A DNA stretch of 64,000 bases, taken from contig MGDH01000016.1 of the NCBI GenBank assembly GCA_001790855.1, forward strand, positions 2,044-66,043, given 5' to 3'. Positions 47,324 through 57,034 of the stretch are shown here, one piece after another; position 1 is the first letter of the stretch, and every line of letters starts with the position of its first letter. The notes under the pieces were generated by a model. That model made no database searches. It was given only the letters and a program-made list of their open reading frames with translations, and was not told the DNA's origin. Position numbers and translations under genes: made by a program. The stretch comes from Candidatus Schekmanbacteria bacterium RIFCSPLOWO2_02_FULL_38_14. Its GTDB lineage: Bacteria; Schekmanbacteria; GWA2-38-11.

Positions 47324-49423
47324 CTATAAGCTTTTCTGTTTCCAAAGAATATACTTCAAGTACAACTCCTTTGTAAAAGTAGCACCAAATAGCCGTCTCA
47401 ACACTCGTTTTGATATCTGTTTTAATGTAGGTTCTATTTTTAGAAACAATGCCCCAAATCTTAATAGCTTTATAACTAAGCCCCAAATTATACGATCAAA
47501 AGCTCCTCTATGACCTTTCCCTGTAGTAAATTTACTTACGTAACGTGTTATTTTTAAACTAAATCTTTTATTATCAGGCACTAAGTGTAAAATTTTAGGA
47601 GCGTTCGTTCCATTTTTTGAATAAAACATTTTTATCATTAATTCTGCATCTCCAGTTGGATCATCAGCTATTAGAATCTTATCCGGTGCTATACTTAGGA
47701 GCTTTTCTATTTGTAATATTGGCATATGAGCAAATAGCGGACTCGAATCTTTCTTTCTTTCAAGTTCAAGAAATCCTTTTATCCTTTCATAGTTTAATCC
47801 AAAATGGTCATAACGTAATATATTCATCGCTTGCAATTGTGTGCCGGCAATAACCAATTTTTCTGCACTCCTTAATTCTTCACATAACATATCATAGTGT
47901 CTAAAAAAATCTTCTAGTTTATAATAATTTATATGTAAAGGAATGTAACACTTTGGGCAATATGTTAACTGCCCTAATAAATTATAATCTGATAACACTT
48001 TAACAGTACTGCCACACTCTGAACATATACCGTTTACACTTATTGTTCCCAATAACCAATTCCTTTTATATTTAACATCTAAGACCTTAAATCTATTAAA
48101 TAAAAATGTATAAAAACACCTAAGCTCGCTGAAAACAACACTCCAAAAACGATCATTGGAAATCGCGCTAATATTTAAATATCTTTCTCGATTTCTCCAT
48201 AATAAATCATAAGGACCGGGGGTCAGATGTATGTTTTTGTAATAGTCTTTTTCATCGTTGATTAAACCTCTTTTTAAAGCACTTTTATAAATTTGCGTTC
48301 CTGGATATGCATCTACTAAACTTACATCAGCATTCATTTCCTCATTAATTACCATATCAATTGTTTCTTTTAAATCTTCCTTAGTTTCTCCTTCATTCCC
48401 CACCATAAAAGTACCAAGACACGGTATTTTTGCTTCTTTTGCTGCTCTATAGAACTTTATAATTTCTTCCTTAGTCGTTTGTTTTTTCATTATTTTTAAT
48501 ATTTTATTTGAACTACTTTCTATACCAGCTCCTGTTAAAACACATCCAGCCTCTTTCATTGCAACAAAAGTATCAACATCGATATTCTTTACATCTACAC
48601 GCATCCCACACATCCATGGTTTTTTCGTTTTCAATCTCTTGTATTCTTCACAAAACCGCAAAATGTCTTCCTTGGTTTGGTAAAACATTTCATTAACGAA
48701 ATTAAGTATGTCAAAATTATACTTAGAAAGTAAAAATTCTATTTCTTCCATAATATGTTCAAGGGGACGTTTTCTAAATGCCCCGATGGTCGGGGAGCAA
48801 AAGGTACATACTCCAACACATCCCCTGCCAGTCAGTACCGGTAAAACTACCTGATTATGCATATAGGACGCTTCAGCATATTTGTAATAATTTATATTAA
48901 TGTGATGCCAGGCGGGCAAAATATTAATATCTTGCAAATCCAATCTTTTAGGATGATTTTTAATTACTTCACTGCTAGACCTGTCTTTAAAAAGTAGTCC
49001 TGGCACTTCTTTAAAATCATCTGAGCCATTACTTAACTCATCAATAAGGCAAGGGAGCGAGGTTTCAGCTTCACCAATAATCCCGAAATCAATTCCCATC
49101 ATTTCACTATCAAAAAGAAAACGAGGATTAACGTCTTTGGTGATATTACCACCTATTATAATCGGCAAACCAGGTTTGATCGAACGAATTGTATGAATGG
49201 TTTGTGATATAAAATTAAAGTTGGAAATTAGCCCTCCAGTTGCAAATGCTAAATAATCATTTTTTTTAAGCAGTTTACTATAATCTGGATTGGTAAGTGT
49301 TGTATCAATAAAATCAAATGGTATATTATTCCGTTCCAAACATGAAAGGACATAAGCCATTCCCAGTGGGCTATGCTTATAAGGAGGTTTTACTATTAAT
49401 AATTTCCTACTATCTTTTTGCAT
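47324..49423 (-). CDS. Cobalamin-binding-domain (class B) radical SAM enzyme with Cys4 ribbon and ~230-aa C-terminal extension
   Basis: 699 aa. KLLIVKPPYKHSPLGMAYVLS, IIGGN, rSAM CVGVCTFC. Then CSECG-x21-CPKC, followed by an unassigned C-terminal region. Confidence 0.8.
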   Translation of the reverse strand: MQKDSRKLLIVKPPYKHSPLGMAYVLSCLERNNIPFDFIDTTLTNPDYSKLLKKNDYLAFATGGLISNFNFISQTIHTIRSIKPGLPIIIGGNITKDVNPRFLFDSEMMGIDFGIIGEAETSLPCLIDELSNGSDDFKEVPGLLFKDRSSSEVIKNHPKRLDLQDINILPAWHHININYYKYAEASYMHNQVVLPVLTGRGCVGVCTFCSPTIGAFRKRPLEHIMEEIEFLLSKYNFDILNFVNEMFYQTKEDILRFCEEYKRLKTKKPWMCGMRVDVKNIDVDTFVAMKEAGCVLTGAGIESSSNKILKIMKKQTTKEEIIKFYRAAKEAKIPCLGTFMVGNEGETKEDLKETIDMVINEEMNADVSLVDAYPGTQIYKSALKRGLINDEKDYYKNIHLTPGPYDLLWRNRERYLNISAISNDRFWSVVFSELRCFYTFLFNRFKVLDVKYKRNWLLGTISVNGICSECGSTVKVLSDYNLLGQLTYCPKCYIPLHINYYKLEDFFRHYDMLCEELRSAEKLVIAGTQLQAMNILRYDHFGLNYERIKGFLELERKKDSSPLFAHMPILQIEKLLSIAPDKILIADDPTGDAELMIKMFYSKNGTNAPKILHLVPDNKRFSLKITRYVSKFTTGKGHRGAFDRIIWGLVIKLLRFGALFLKIEPTLKQISKRVLRRLFGATFTKELYLKYILWKQKSL

Positions 49424-49492
49424 TTGATAACCCTCCTATTGATTTCAAAAAACATGTTTTTATGTAAAATCTCCCCACCTCTCCCAAAAACC

Positions 49493-50539
49493 TTATTCTC
49501 CAGACATATTAATCAATGCCCTTCCTGCCTTACCCTGCTCCAAATCATCAAAGGCACTATTTATATCTTCCAACCTATACTCATTAGTATTGAGAGCATC
49601 GAGTCTAAGCTTGCCAGCAAGATACATGTTGACATACAATGGAATATCTCGATCCATTTGAGTCTCCCCTCCCCATGTTCCAATAATTTTCTTGCCTTTG
49701 ATAAGATCAAATGGATCAATTAATATCTTTTCACCCAGTGGTAGATTGCCAGCCAGAACACACAGACCGCCATTATTGCGAACTGATCGAAAAGCAGTTT
49801 CCATGGACTCCTTCTTACCAGCAGACTCAATCGCATAATCAATACCACGATTACCTGTAATGTCCATTATTCCTGATAAGACATCCTGATTTCTTGCATT
49901 AATTATATGTGTTGCTCCCAACTGAATAGCCTGTTCAAGTTTATGATCAAGTACATCTATGGCAATAATTAAGGAAGCATTTGCTATTTTAGCTGCTAAT
50001 AAAGCACTTAAACCAATACCACCAACTCCAAATACAGCAACACTAGTACTAGGTTTTACACGTGCTGTATTCATAACAATTCCTGCACCTGTAGGAATAG
50101 CACAACCAAGAAGAGCAGCTTCACGTAAAGGCATTTTATCAGGAATTTTTACAACACGATTTTCTGAAATAACAGCCTTTGTCAGAAATGTAGATATCGC
50201 ACCGGAATTTACTATTGAGCCATTGCTTCTCTTGTATAAAGCAGACGGAACATCAGCACCCATGCCTTTTATCCATGTCAGCACAACATGGTCTCCCGGC
50301 TTTACCTTTTTAACACTGCTCCCAACATTTTCAACAACCCCTGAACCTTCATGTCCTAAGGTATGGGGAAGAAATTTGTCTTCACCTTTTAACCCATGAA
50401 CCTCATTAAGTTGAGAGTGACATACTCCACTATAAGCAATCTTAACTAGAACCTGTCCTGCTTTGAGTTCAGGAATTGTAAGCTCTTCAATCTGTAAGGG
50501 ATTATTAATTTTGTTCAAAACTGCTGCTAAGGTTTTCAT
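49493..50539 (-). CDS. Zinc-dependent medium-chain alcohol dehydrogenase
   Basis: 348 aa. GVCHSQ, GHEGSGVVE.VG, GVGGIGL Rossmann motif. Confidence 0.88.
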   Translation of the reverse strand: MKTLAAVLNKINNPLQIEELTIPELKAGQVLVKIAYSGVCHSQLNEVHGLKGEDKFLPHTLGHEGSGVVENVGSSVKKVKPGDHVVLTWIKGMGADVPSALYKRSNGSIVNSGAISTFLTKAVISENRVVKIPDKMPLREAALLGCAIPTGAGIVMNTARVKPSTSVAVFGVGGIGLSALLAAKIANASLIIAIDVLDHKLEQAIQLGATHIINARNQDVLSGIMDITGNRGIDYAIESAGKKESMETAFRSVRNNGGLCVLAGNLPLGEKILIDPFDLIKGKKIIGTWGGETQMDRDIPLYVNMYLAGKLRLDALNTNEYRLEDINSAFDDLEQGKAGRALINMSGE

Positions 50540-50588
50540 AATGTTCTTTCAGATAGAGCATAGTGAAGAGGTAAAATATCGAAGGCTA

Positions 50589-51035
50589 TTATTCTTTGAT
50601 TCTCTGTCCAACAATCTTTGTTCCCTTATGAAAATTTTCTATTGTTTGGCGCATTACAGATGGCATATCTAAGAATGAAAGCTGTTCAAACTTAAACACA
50701 CCTACATCCTGTCCCTCCATCAGTTTATGCTTATTCCAGACCGAGCTGATATCAGAAACAAAGAACCATGTACGAGTCTTGGCCTTTTCAAAGTTTGAAT
50801 AGTAATCCGTAAACCACAAAAACCTATATTCTGCAGGTTTTATAGAAAGTTCCTCTAATACTTCTCTATTTATAGATTGAAGCGGTGTCTCTTCGTTATT
50901 TATCACCCCTCCAAAAAGAGACCATTGGCCTGTTGCTGCTATAGTTGGCTTGTTGTCACGCAATTGCAAAACATAGTTACCAGAGACCAGCAAAATAGCA
51001 TGAGAACTCTGGATTTCAGGAATGTTCCTATTCAA
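50589..51035 (-). CDS. NUDIX hydrolase
   Basis: 148 aa. Nudix box GGVINNEETPLQSINREVLEELSI. Confidence 0.8.
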   Translation of the reverse strand: MNRNIPEIQSSHAILLVSGNYVLQLRDNKPTIAATGQWSLFGGVINNEETPLQSINREVLEELSIKPAEYRFLWFTDYYSNFEKAKTRTWFFVSDISSVWNKHKLMEGQDVGVFKFEQLSFLDMPSVMRQTIENFHKGTKIVGQRIKE

Positions 51036-51080
51036 ATATTCCTCCGAACTTCTACTCTATGCTCTATGCCATTTGCCTTT

Positions 51081-51737
51081 TTAATCCGCTATGAACCACC
51101 AATAATCTCCAGTGTATCCCACCTCATCAAATAATTTTTTCCAGTCATCAACATGCATCATAGTCTCAGCAGTAAGCACCCATTTGAAAAGATTCTCCCG
51201 CTCGGTCTCATTTCGCCATGCATCAACAGTAATATAGCTATTGCCTCTGCAAACACGCTGGATTTCACGAAGTGCCTCTTTAAGGCGCTGAAGAGGAAGG
51301 TTATGGATAGAGTTAATGGAGATGACTAAATCAAAGCTCTTATCAGGATAAGGTAATTTTTCTGCACTCCAGATTTTCAGAAACGGTTTAACTGAAGGCA
51401 TTGCATTCTCAATAGCATAAGAACTTACATCTATTCCAGCAACAATACAGCCAGGTATCAACTCTTTGAAGTCATGCAACATAAAGCCTTTTCCACACCC
51501 AATATCCAGAATAGCGGCATTCTCAGGCAAATTATAATAATCCTTCATACGCTTTACAACAGACTTCCATCTGCCGTCGTATTTATATCCCCCATAACCG
51601 CATTTCCGGTCACCATCAAAAAAATCCTTTCCAAACTGTTTAGCAATGCGGACAATCTCAGGAGTTTTCTCCTGTGCACGCTTATCATAATCCCGTACAG
51701 TTTTTGGATGCGTATCAAGCAAATTAATCTCTTTCAT
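51081..51737 (-). CDS. Class I SAM-dependent methyltransferase
   Basis: 218 aa. Motif I ILDIGCGKGFML and post-I acidic residue. Confidence 0.8.
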   Translation of the reverse strand: MKEINLLDTHPKTVRDYDKRAQEKTPEIVRIAKQFGKDFFDGDRKCGYGGYKYDGRWKSVVKRMKDYYNLPENAAILDIGCGKGFMLHDFKELIPGCIVAGIDVSSYAIENAMPSVKPFLKIWSAEKLPYPDKSFDLVISINSIHNLPLQRLKEALREIQRVCRGNSYITVDAWRNETERENLFKWVLTAETMMHVDDWKKLFDEVGYTGDYWWFIAD

Positions 51738-51757
51738 AAGATTCCCCTAACTATTAC

Positions 51758-52561
51758 CTATAAAATTGTGTACAATTTGCCACCATTAACATGAAAACAT
51801 GAGCCAGTTATCCATGACGCTTTATTAGAAGATAGAAATGTTACCAATTCAGCCACATCTTTCCCCTCACCAACACGTCCTAAAGGTATCTTAACAGATT
51901 CTTCTGTATCTATCTTTACCCTTGCCTCTTCTATCGAGATATTGTGGATATCAGCTAATCGTTGGACATTTCTATCCCAAGAATCGCTATGCACTGGTCC
52001 AGGACAAACTACATTCACCAGTATATTGTCCTTCACAAGTTGATTAGACAAATATTTGCTAAGATTTATTACTGCTGCTTTGGTAATTGTATAATGAGGA
52101 TTATAAGAACCAGGCTGCAACCCTGAAATAGATGAGATATTAATTATTCGTGGTGCAGTAGACTTACGGAGCCAGGGAATTGAATATTGGACAAAGTAAA
52201 CTATTGTCATAACATTCAGCTCAAAAGCCATTTTCCAATCATCATGTTTTAATTCAAAAAAATCTCCAAATTTATCTGTCCCTCCTAAATTATTAATTAG
52301 AATATCTATCTGCCCAAATTTTTCAACCACACTATTAATTAAATTCTGCACAGATTCAGGTTTCGTTGCTTCTACAGGAATTGCATAAATACTACCACCA
52401 GAATCTGCAATTTCTTTTTGCACTGAAAGCAATGACTCTCTTCCTCTTGCACAAATGACTACATTTACACCTTCTTCAGCAAGAGATTTTGCAATAGCTT
52501 TGCCAATACCTTTGCTACCACCTGTGACTATTGCAACACGGTCTTTTAAACCTAGCTCCAT
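51758..52561 (-). CDS. Classical SDR oxidoreductase (FabG-like)
   Basis: 267 aa. TGGSKGIGKA, NNLG, YTITK (YxxxK). Confidence 0.9.
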   Translation of the reverse strand: MELGLKDRVAIVTGGSKGIGKAIAKSLAEEGVNVVICARGRESLLSVQKEIADSGGSIYAIPVEATKPESVQNLINSVVEKFGQIDILINNLGGTDKFGDFFELKHDDWKMAFELNVMTIVYFVQYSIPWLRKSTAPRIINISSISGLQPGSYNPHYTITKAAVINLSKYLSNQLVKDNILVNVVCPGPVHSDSWDRNVQRLADIHNISIEEARVKIDTEESVKIPLGRVGEGKDVAELVTFLSSNKASWITGSCFHVNGGKLYTIL

Positions 52562-52757
52562 TCCTTATCTCCTTACCCCTTGTTGGTGGTAAACTCCACA
52601 TTTCAATATAGTCTGGTTTCTATATTGATTAAGTTCTTCGATTGTTGCATCCATTGACGTTTGTTATCCCAACGGCTATTTGGTATAAACAATAGTATTT
52701 CAACAGAAAAATTATTCATACATAATTTTCTTTTTTGCTATATCAATTACATTATTC

Positions 52758-53570
52758 TTATTCTTTTTTTTCAAACCGAAAAACAAGGCTGCTTTGTTCC
52801 TGCAATGTAAGACCCCCATCAATTATTATACACTGTCCATTAATAAAAGATGACTCTGAAGAACAGAGGAATAATACCAAATTTGCAACATCATCAGAAC
52901 AACCTATATGTCCCGATGGGTGAATAAAATTAACCATTTCTCTATAGTTCTTATTATTATCTTGGTCATAACGAGCTTTATGTTCATCCCGTACGATAAA
53001 GCCAGGCAAAATTGTATTTACACGAACCCCAAATTTGCCTGTATGCATAGCAAGGTAACGCGTCATTTGCAGCATCCCTGCCTTTGCAATATGATATACA
53101 GGTGATTCATGACAAGCTAATAATGCTGCAACGGAACTAATGTTAATGATATTCCCTCCTCCTTTTTCTGACATAACTCGGCATGCTTCTTGAGAAGCAA
53201 AAAATGCTGCTCTCAATGTAACAGATATTCCTTTTTCCCAAGAATTTTCATCCTCTTCAAAGAAAGATGTGCGCTGTCCTGAACGTGCATTATTTACTAA
53301 AATATCCAATTTACCATATCGCTGAACAACTTGTCGTACCATATCATAAGGAGCTCCTTTTAGACTTAAATCAACATGAAAAAAACTTGCCGATATTTTT
53401 CTGTCAATAAGTTCCATTTCAGTTTTTTTCCCGTTTTCCAAGTCAATATCGCAAATTGCAACATGTGCACCTTCCTGTCCAAATGCTCGTGCTATATTTT
53501 TCCCAATTCCTGTTGCACTACCAGTAATTAGCGCTACTTTATTTTCAAAACGTTTTTTTCCCATACTCAT
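52758..53570 (-). CDS. Classical SDR oxidoreductase
   Basis: Start moved to M25 of the track ORF (MSMGKKRFENKVALITGSATGIGK). The longer form, 53642, would overlap the upstream gene by 98 nt. YHIAK (YxxxK). Confidence 0.85.
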   Translation of the reverse strand: MSMGKKRFENKVALITGSATGIGKNIARAFGQEGAHVAICDIDLENGKKTEMELIDRKISASFFHVDLSLKGAPYDMVRQVVQRYGKLDILVNNARSGQRTSFFEEDENSWEKGISVTLRAAFFASQEACRVMSEKGGGNIINISSVAALLACHESPVYHIAKAGMLQMTRYLAMHTGKFGVRVNTILPGFIVRDEHKARYDQDNNKNYREMVNFIHPSGHIGCSDDVANLVLFLCSSESSFINGQCIIIDGGLTLQEQSSLVFRFEKKE

Positions 53571-54600
53571 TTTTATGTAACTGCAATTTTTCTTGCTTCG
53601 TCTCCCAATAATGTTCATTAACATTATTATATAAAAAATCAAAATTAGATAAAATGTTCTCCTGAGTCTCTATAGCTCTCAAAACTTTCTGCAATGAAGT
53701 TGCAAAAGAATATCTATCTTCCCTCCCCAGTTCTAAATGCATTTTTTCAGCATGATGATCCGGATTTTTATAAATAATATATGGGACATCGCTGAATAGT
53801 GCCATCTGACAAGGCCCACTTGTCATTCCCATGAAAATGCAAGCTGTTTGAATTAAAGCCAAATCCCGAGAAAGGTTGCTTCCAAAATCTCTTGCCAATA
53901 ATACGTTAGGAATATTGTGTATTCTCTTATCTATTTTTTCGTTGCCAATAAGGATAAACTTGGCATTATAACGTACATTACAGGTTTCAAAAAAAGCAAT
54001 CCAGGCATCAAAATTTGCATTACTGCAATTTTGTTCTTCCGGATTATTTTTCAAATGAATGACTACCGGTATACTTGGAAACACATTGCTTTGCAAAAAA
54101 TTAATCGCCCAATCTAAAAGTCCTATCCTGCAGGAAAGGTAGGGTATAAATGAATAATTTTGGAAAAACTTCTGTACAGTAAAGGTATTGTCACAATTAT
54201 AGTTCAGTATCTCTTGTTCATTCGCTGAAGGCCATAAAATATACTCACATGATGCATCAGAAATAAAATTCTGCAAAATTCTAAAAGAATCGCACTGATA
54301 ATATAAATTTATATTGTCTATATCAAGGAGTGTGGTTATTATTATAGATTTATTACAACACTCTTTGCCCAATACTCTAAGCAAACCATCCTTTCCGCAT
54401 ACTTCATTCCCAGATAATATTTTAGATCCATCTCCTATAAAACACAAATCAATGTATTCAGCCTTATGAATTAGCTGCTGTATTCTTAGTTCTTCAAGAA
54501 AAATCAGCAAACATCCCAAACTGAGTCTATCCCCTCGAAGATTCCAAACCCCTAAAATTCTTCTTTGCATGTCTGTTTTAACAATCTTATTAGTAATCAT
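53545..54600 (-). CDS. Uncharacterised GT-B-like protein, paralogue B
   Basis: 351 aa. Conserved blocks shared with 44544..45773 are listed under that entry. Confidence 0.5.
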   Translation of the reverse strand: MITNKIVKTDMQRRILGVWNLRGDRLSLGCLLIFLEELRIQQLIHKAEYIDLCFIGDGSKILSGNEVCGKDGLLRVLGKECCNKSIIITTLLDIDNINLYYQCDSFRILQNFISDASCEYILWPSANEQEILNYNCDNTFTVQKFFQNYSFIPYLSCRIGLLDWAINFLQSNVFPSIPVVIHLKNNPEEQNCSNANFDAWIAFFETCNVRYNAKFILIGNEKIDKRIHNIPNVLLARDFGSNLSRDLALIQTACIFMGMTSGPCQMALFSDVPYIIYKNPDHHAEKMHLELGREDRYSFATSLQKVLRAIETQENILSNFDFLYNNVNEHYWETKQEKLQLHKNEYGKKTF

Positions 54601-54611
54601 CGTGAATGGGG

Positions 54612-55292
54612 CTACCCTTTGTTCCCTACTCCAATAGCCAATAAATAGTGGGCCATTGGGAAGAATCCAGTATGCACAACTTCATCATTCATAGAAAAAA
54701 TAAAAACATTTTCAAAAAATGATGCCATTAACTTTTTAAGACTTTCTCCACTCTTTAAGTTTATGTGACCAATAGCACTTTCTGAAGAAGCATATTGCTG
54801 AGAATTAATATTGGGAGTACCAATAATAAAAATGGCATCTGGTTTTAATGAATCACTAATATTTGTCATAAACTTTTGCTCAAGATTAGGCGGGATGTGT
54901 TCAATAACATCCAAAGCAAAAGCACCATCATATTTTTTTTTCAATGGTCTTGTCGTAATATCTAAAACCTCATAAGTACAATTCGCTCCATATTCTACTC
55001 TTTTGACATTATCTTCAATTACAAGAGGTTCAATATCAATACCATGTACACTACCGACAGTTTGCAATACAATAGCAGTTCCCAAAGAATCCCCGCAACC
55101 GACCTCTAACACTTCCTCTTTGCCTGCTAATATTTTTGCACAAAACTTATAACGTGAAAGTAAAAAACACAAATGTCTTGGATCATTTCTCCATATATGA
55201 CTGGTATATGGTCCTAAGACAACACCACCTTTGTTATAATATGTATCAAATTGAATTTGGTTTTGAGGTTCATTGGCTATTCTTCCTGACAT
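54612..55292 (-). CDS. Class I SAM-dependent methyltransferase
   Basis: 226 aa. Motif I VLEVGCGDSLGT, then ALDVIEHI. Confidence 0.8.
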   Translation of the reverse strand: MSGRIANEPQNQIQFDTYYNKGGVVLGPYTSHIWRNDPRHLCFLLSRYKFCAKILAGKEEVLEVGCGDSLGTAIVLQTVGSVHGIDIEPLVIEDNVKRVEYGANCTYEVLDITTRPLKKKYDGAFALDVIEHIPPNLEQKFMTNISDSLKPDAIFIIGTPNINSQQYASSESAIGHINLKSGESLKKLMASFFENVFIFSMNDEVVHTGFFPMAHYLLAIGVGNKG

Positions 55293-55302
55293 AAAATTTT
55301 CC

Positions 55303-56235
55303 TCACATATGTTTTTTAAAATTATTTTGTATAACTCTTATTATCCCATCTGATGAAAGACCCGCCTGTGAACAGAGTTCCTCGTAAGTGCCATAGTCAT
55401 GCATAAACGAATCAATGGCAATTGAGCTAAACTGCATACCTTTAATATTATAAACTCCCTGTAAAATATCATGCCCCAATCCACCAAAACGATTGTGCTC
55501 CTCTACTACAAGAACTTTTTTAGTCTTCTCAACACTTTCATATATTAATGGTAAGTCCAAAGGCAATATAGTATGAACATAAATTATCTCAACATCCCAT
55601 CCCTTGCCTGAAAGTTTATTTCTTGCTTCTATAGCATTTTTAAGCTGTGGCCCTGTAGCAACAAGAGTAATATCTTTTCCTTCAGTAATTTTAATAGCCT
55701 TGCCAAATTTTATTAAAAAAGGATCTATTAATTGCTCATGCTGAACCTCAGGTATTCTAAACAAGGTTAAATAGCTGTTGTTGTATGTTTGCTTGAAAAG
55801 TATATCAAATTCAGCACATGAGCTAGGATATACAACCTGTGTATTAGGAAGAGATTTAATCAATGCAAAATCATCATAACAATGATGTGTACATCCGAGG
55901 TTTGAATAATCAAATGCACTCCCAACTGATATAAGATTTCCGTTCAGCTTTTGATAACAAAAATCTAACTTAATTTGCTCAAATGATCTCTCAAGAATAA
56001 ATGGCGCAATTGTATGCACAACAGGATAAAAACCGGTTTTTGCAAGTCCGGCTGCCATACTGACAATAGTTGGTTCACATATTCCCACATTATAAAATCT
56101 GCCGGGGCAAGCTTTTGCAAATGGCTGTAAAATAAAATGGCTAATATCACCTATCAAAACTACCAAGTTGGGATCGCTTTGCCCTACTTCCAACATTGTA
56201 TCTGCAAACTGTTGCCGTATTTTTTTTAGCTTCAA
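55303..56235 (-). CDS. Transketolase, C-terminal subunit, copy 2
   Basis: 310 aa. NVGICEPTIVSMAAGLA, VVHTIAPFILERSFEQIKLD. ATGA overlap with its N-subunit gene. Confidence 0.88.
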   Translation of the reverse strand: MKLKKIRQQFADTMLEVGQSDPNLVVLIGDISHFILQPFAKACPGRFYNVGICEPTIVSMAAGLAKTGFYPVVHTIAPFILERSFEQIKLDFCYQKLNGNLISVGSAFDYSNLGCTHHCYDDFALIKSLPNTQVVYPSSCAEFDILFKQTYNNSYLTLFRIPEVQHEQLIDPFLIKFGKAIKITEGKDITLVATGPQLKNAIEARNKLSGKGWDVEIIYVHTILPLDLPLIYESVEKTKKVLVVEEHNRFGGLGHDILQGVYNIKGMQFSSIAIDSFMHDYGTYEELCSQAGLSSDGIIRVIQNNFKKHM

Positions 56236-57005
56236 GAGAGTGCCTCCATAATTATTTTATATTCATCTTCATTTGGAATCTTGTGGTGCCATATCCCATG
56301 CCCTTCAAGCATAGGAACACCCTTTCCCTTAATGGTCTTTGCAATTATCACGATTGGTGCACCATTAACACAAAAATTTATATTTGATAAGGCAGATTTG
56401 ATCTCTGCTTCCGAATGCCCATCTATTACAATTGTGGTCCAGCCAAATGCCTTCCATTTCGAAGGAAAATCATCACGAGGCATTAACTGTGCGGCAGAAC
56501 CGTTCCAGTCCACCATAACACATAGATTTCCTAACTGAAGATTATTTGCAACATTAGCAGCTTCCCAAATAGTGCCTTCATGACACTCTCCATCTCCAAC
56601 AAGAACAAACACTCTGTTAGATTTGCCACGAATACGAAGTCCTAAAGCAATGCCAACAGCAAAAGAAAAACCGTGGCCAAGAGAACCTGTAGATGCCTCG
56701 ATTCCCGGAATTTTGGTGCAATCAGGATGCTCACCCAATATCCCTCCTGGTTTGCAAAACATATTAAGGTCATCTTCTGTAATAAACCCACAACTTTTAA
56801 GGACTACATACAGAGCAAGACACCCATGACCTTTACTTAAAATAAAATAATCACGATCTTCCCAATCAGGATTTTCAGGATCAAATCTAAGATAGTTTTT
56901 GTATAAAATGGCTATTATATCAACAATAGAAAATGCACTTGGAATATGACCATCCTTTCCCTTTCTAACCATTTCAACAATCCGTTTGCGATATTCCTCA
57001 TGCAT
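56232..57005 (-). CDS. Transketolase, N-terminal subunit, copy 2
   Basis: 257 aa. GHIPSAFS, LSKGHGCLA, ASTGSLGHG, GDGECHEGTIWEA. Confidence 0.9.
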   Translation of the reverse strand: MHEEYRKRIVEMVRKGKDGHIPSAFSIVDIIAILYKNYLRFDPENPDWEDRDYFILSKGHGCLALYVVLKSCGFITEDDLNMFCKPGGILGEHPDCTKIPGIEASTGSLGHGFSFAVGIALGLRIRGKSNRVFVLVGDGECHEGTIWEAANVANNLQLGNLCVMVDWNGSAAQLMPRDDFPSKWKAFGWTTIVIDGHSEAEIKSALSNINFCVNGAPIVIIAKTIKGKGVPMLEGHGIWHHKIPNEDEYKIIMEALS

Positions 57006-57034
57006 CTATCTTCCCCCTTGCAAGTTTAATTAAG

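Noticed and set aside
30577-49423. RiPP (peptide-modifying) interpretation of the four radical SAM genes.
   Set aside because: There are no SPASM/twitch Cys clusters, no RiPP recognition element-like domain, no peptidase or ABC-transporter pair, and no plausible precursor ORF. All neighbours are sugar or glycan enzymes.
52599-52611. 13-nt word CATTTCAATATAG shared by two intra-operon spacers (52599-52611 and 60089-60101); it could be a -10 element (TATATT on the minus strand).
   Set aside because: It is an AT-rich 13-mer. My rough estimate is that tens to hundreds of chance 13-mer matches are expected across a 64-kb AT-rich window, and no convincing -35 accompanies either copy. It is only worth revisiting if transcript-start data point there.
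52565-52654. 29-codon minus-strand ORF (MDATIEELNQYRNQTILKCGVYHQQGVRR) ending 3 nt before the SDR start at 52561; considered as a leader or RiPP precursor for the rSAM enzymes.
   Set aside because: It has no SD and no recognisable leader/core organisation or Cys/Ser/Thr-rich core, and it is not adjacent to any rSAM gene. It is most simply a chance ORF in a 196-nt spacer.
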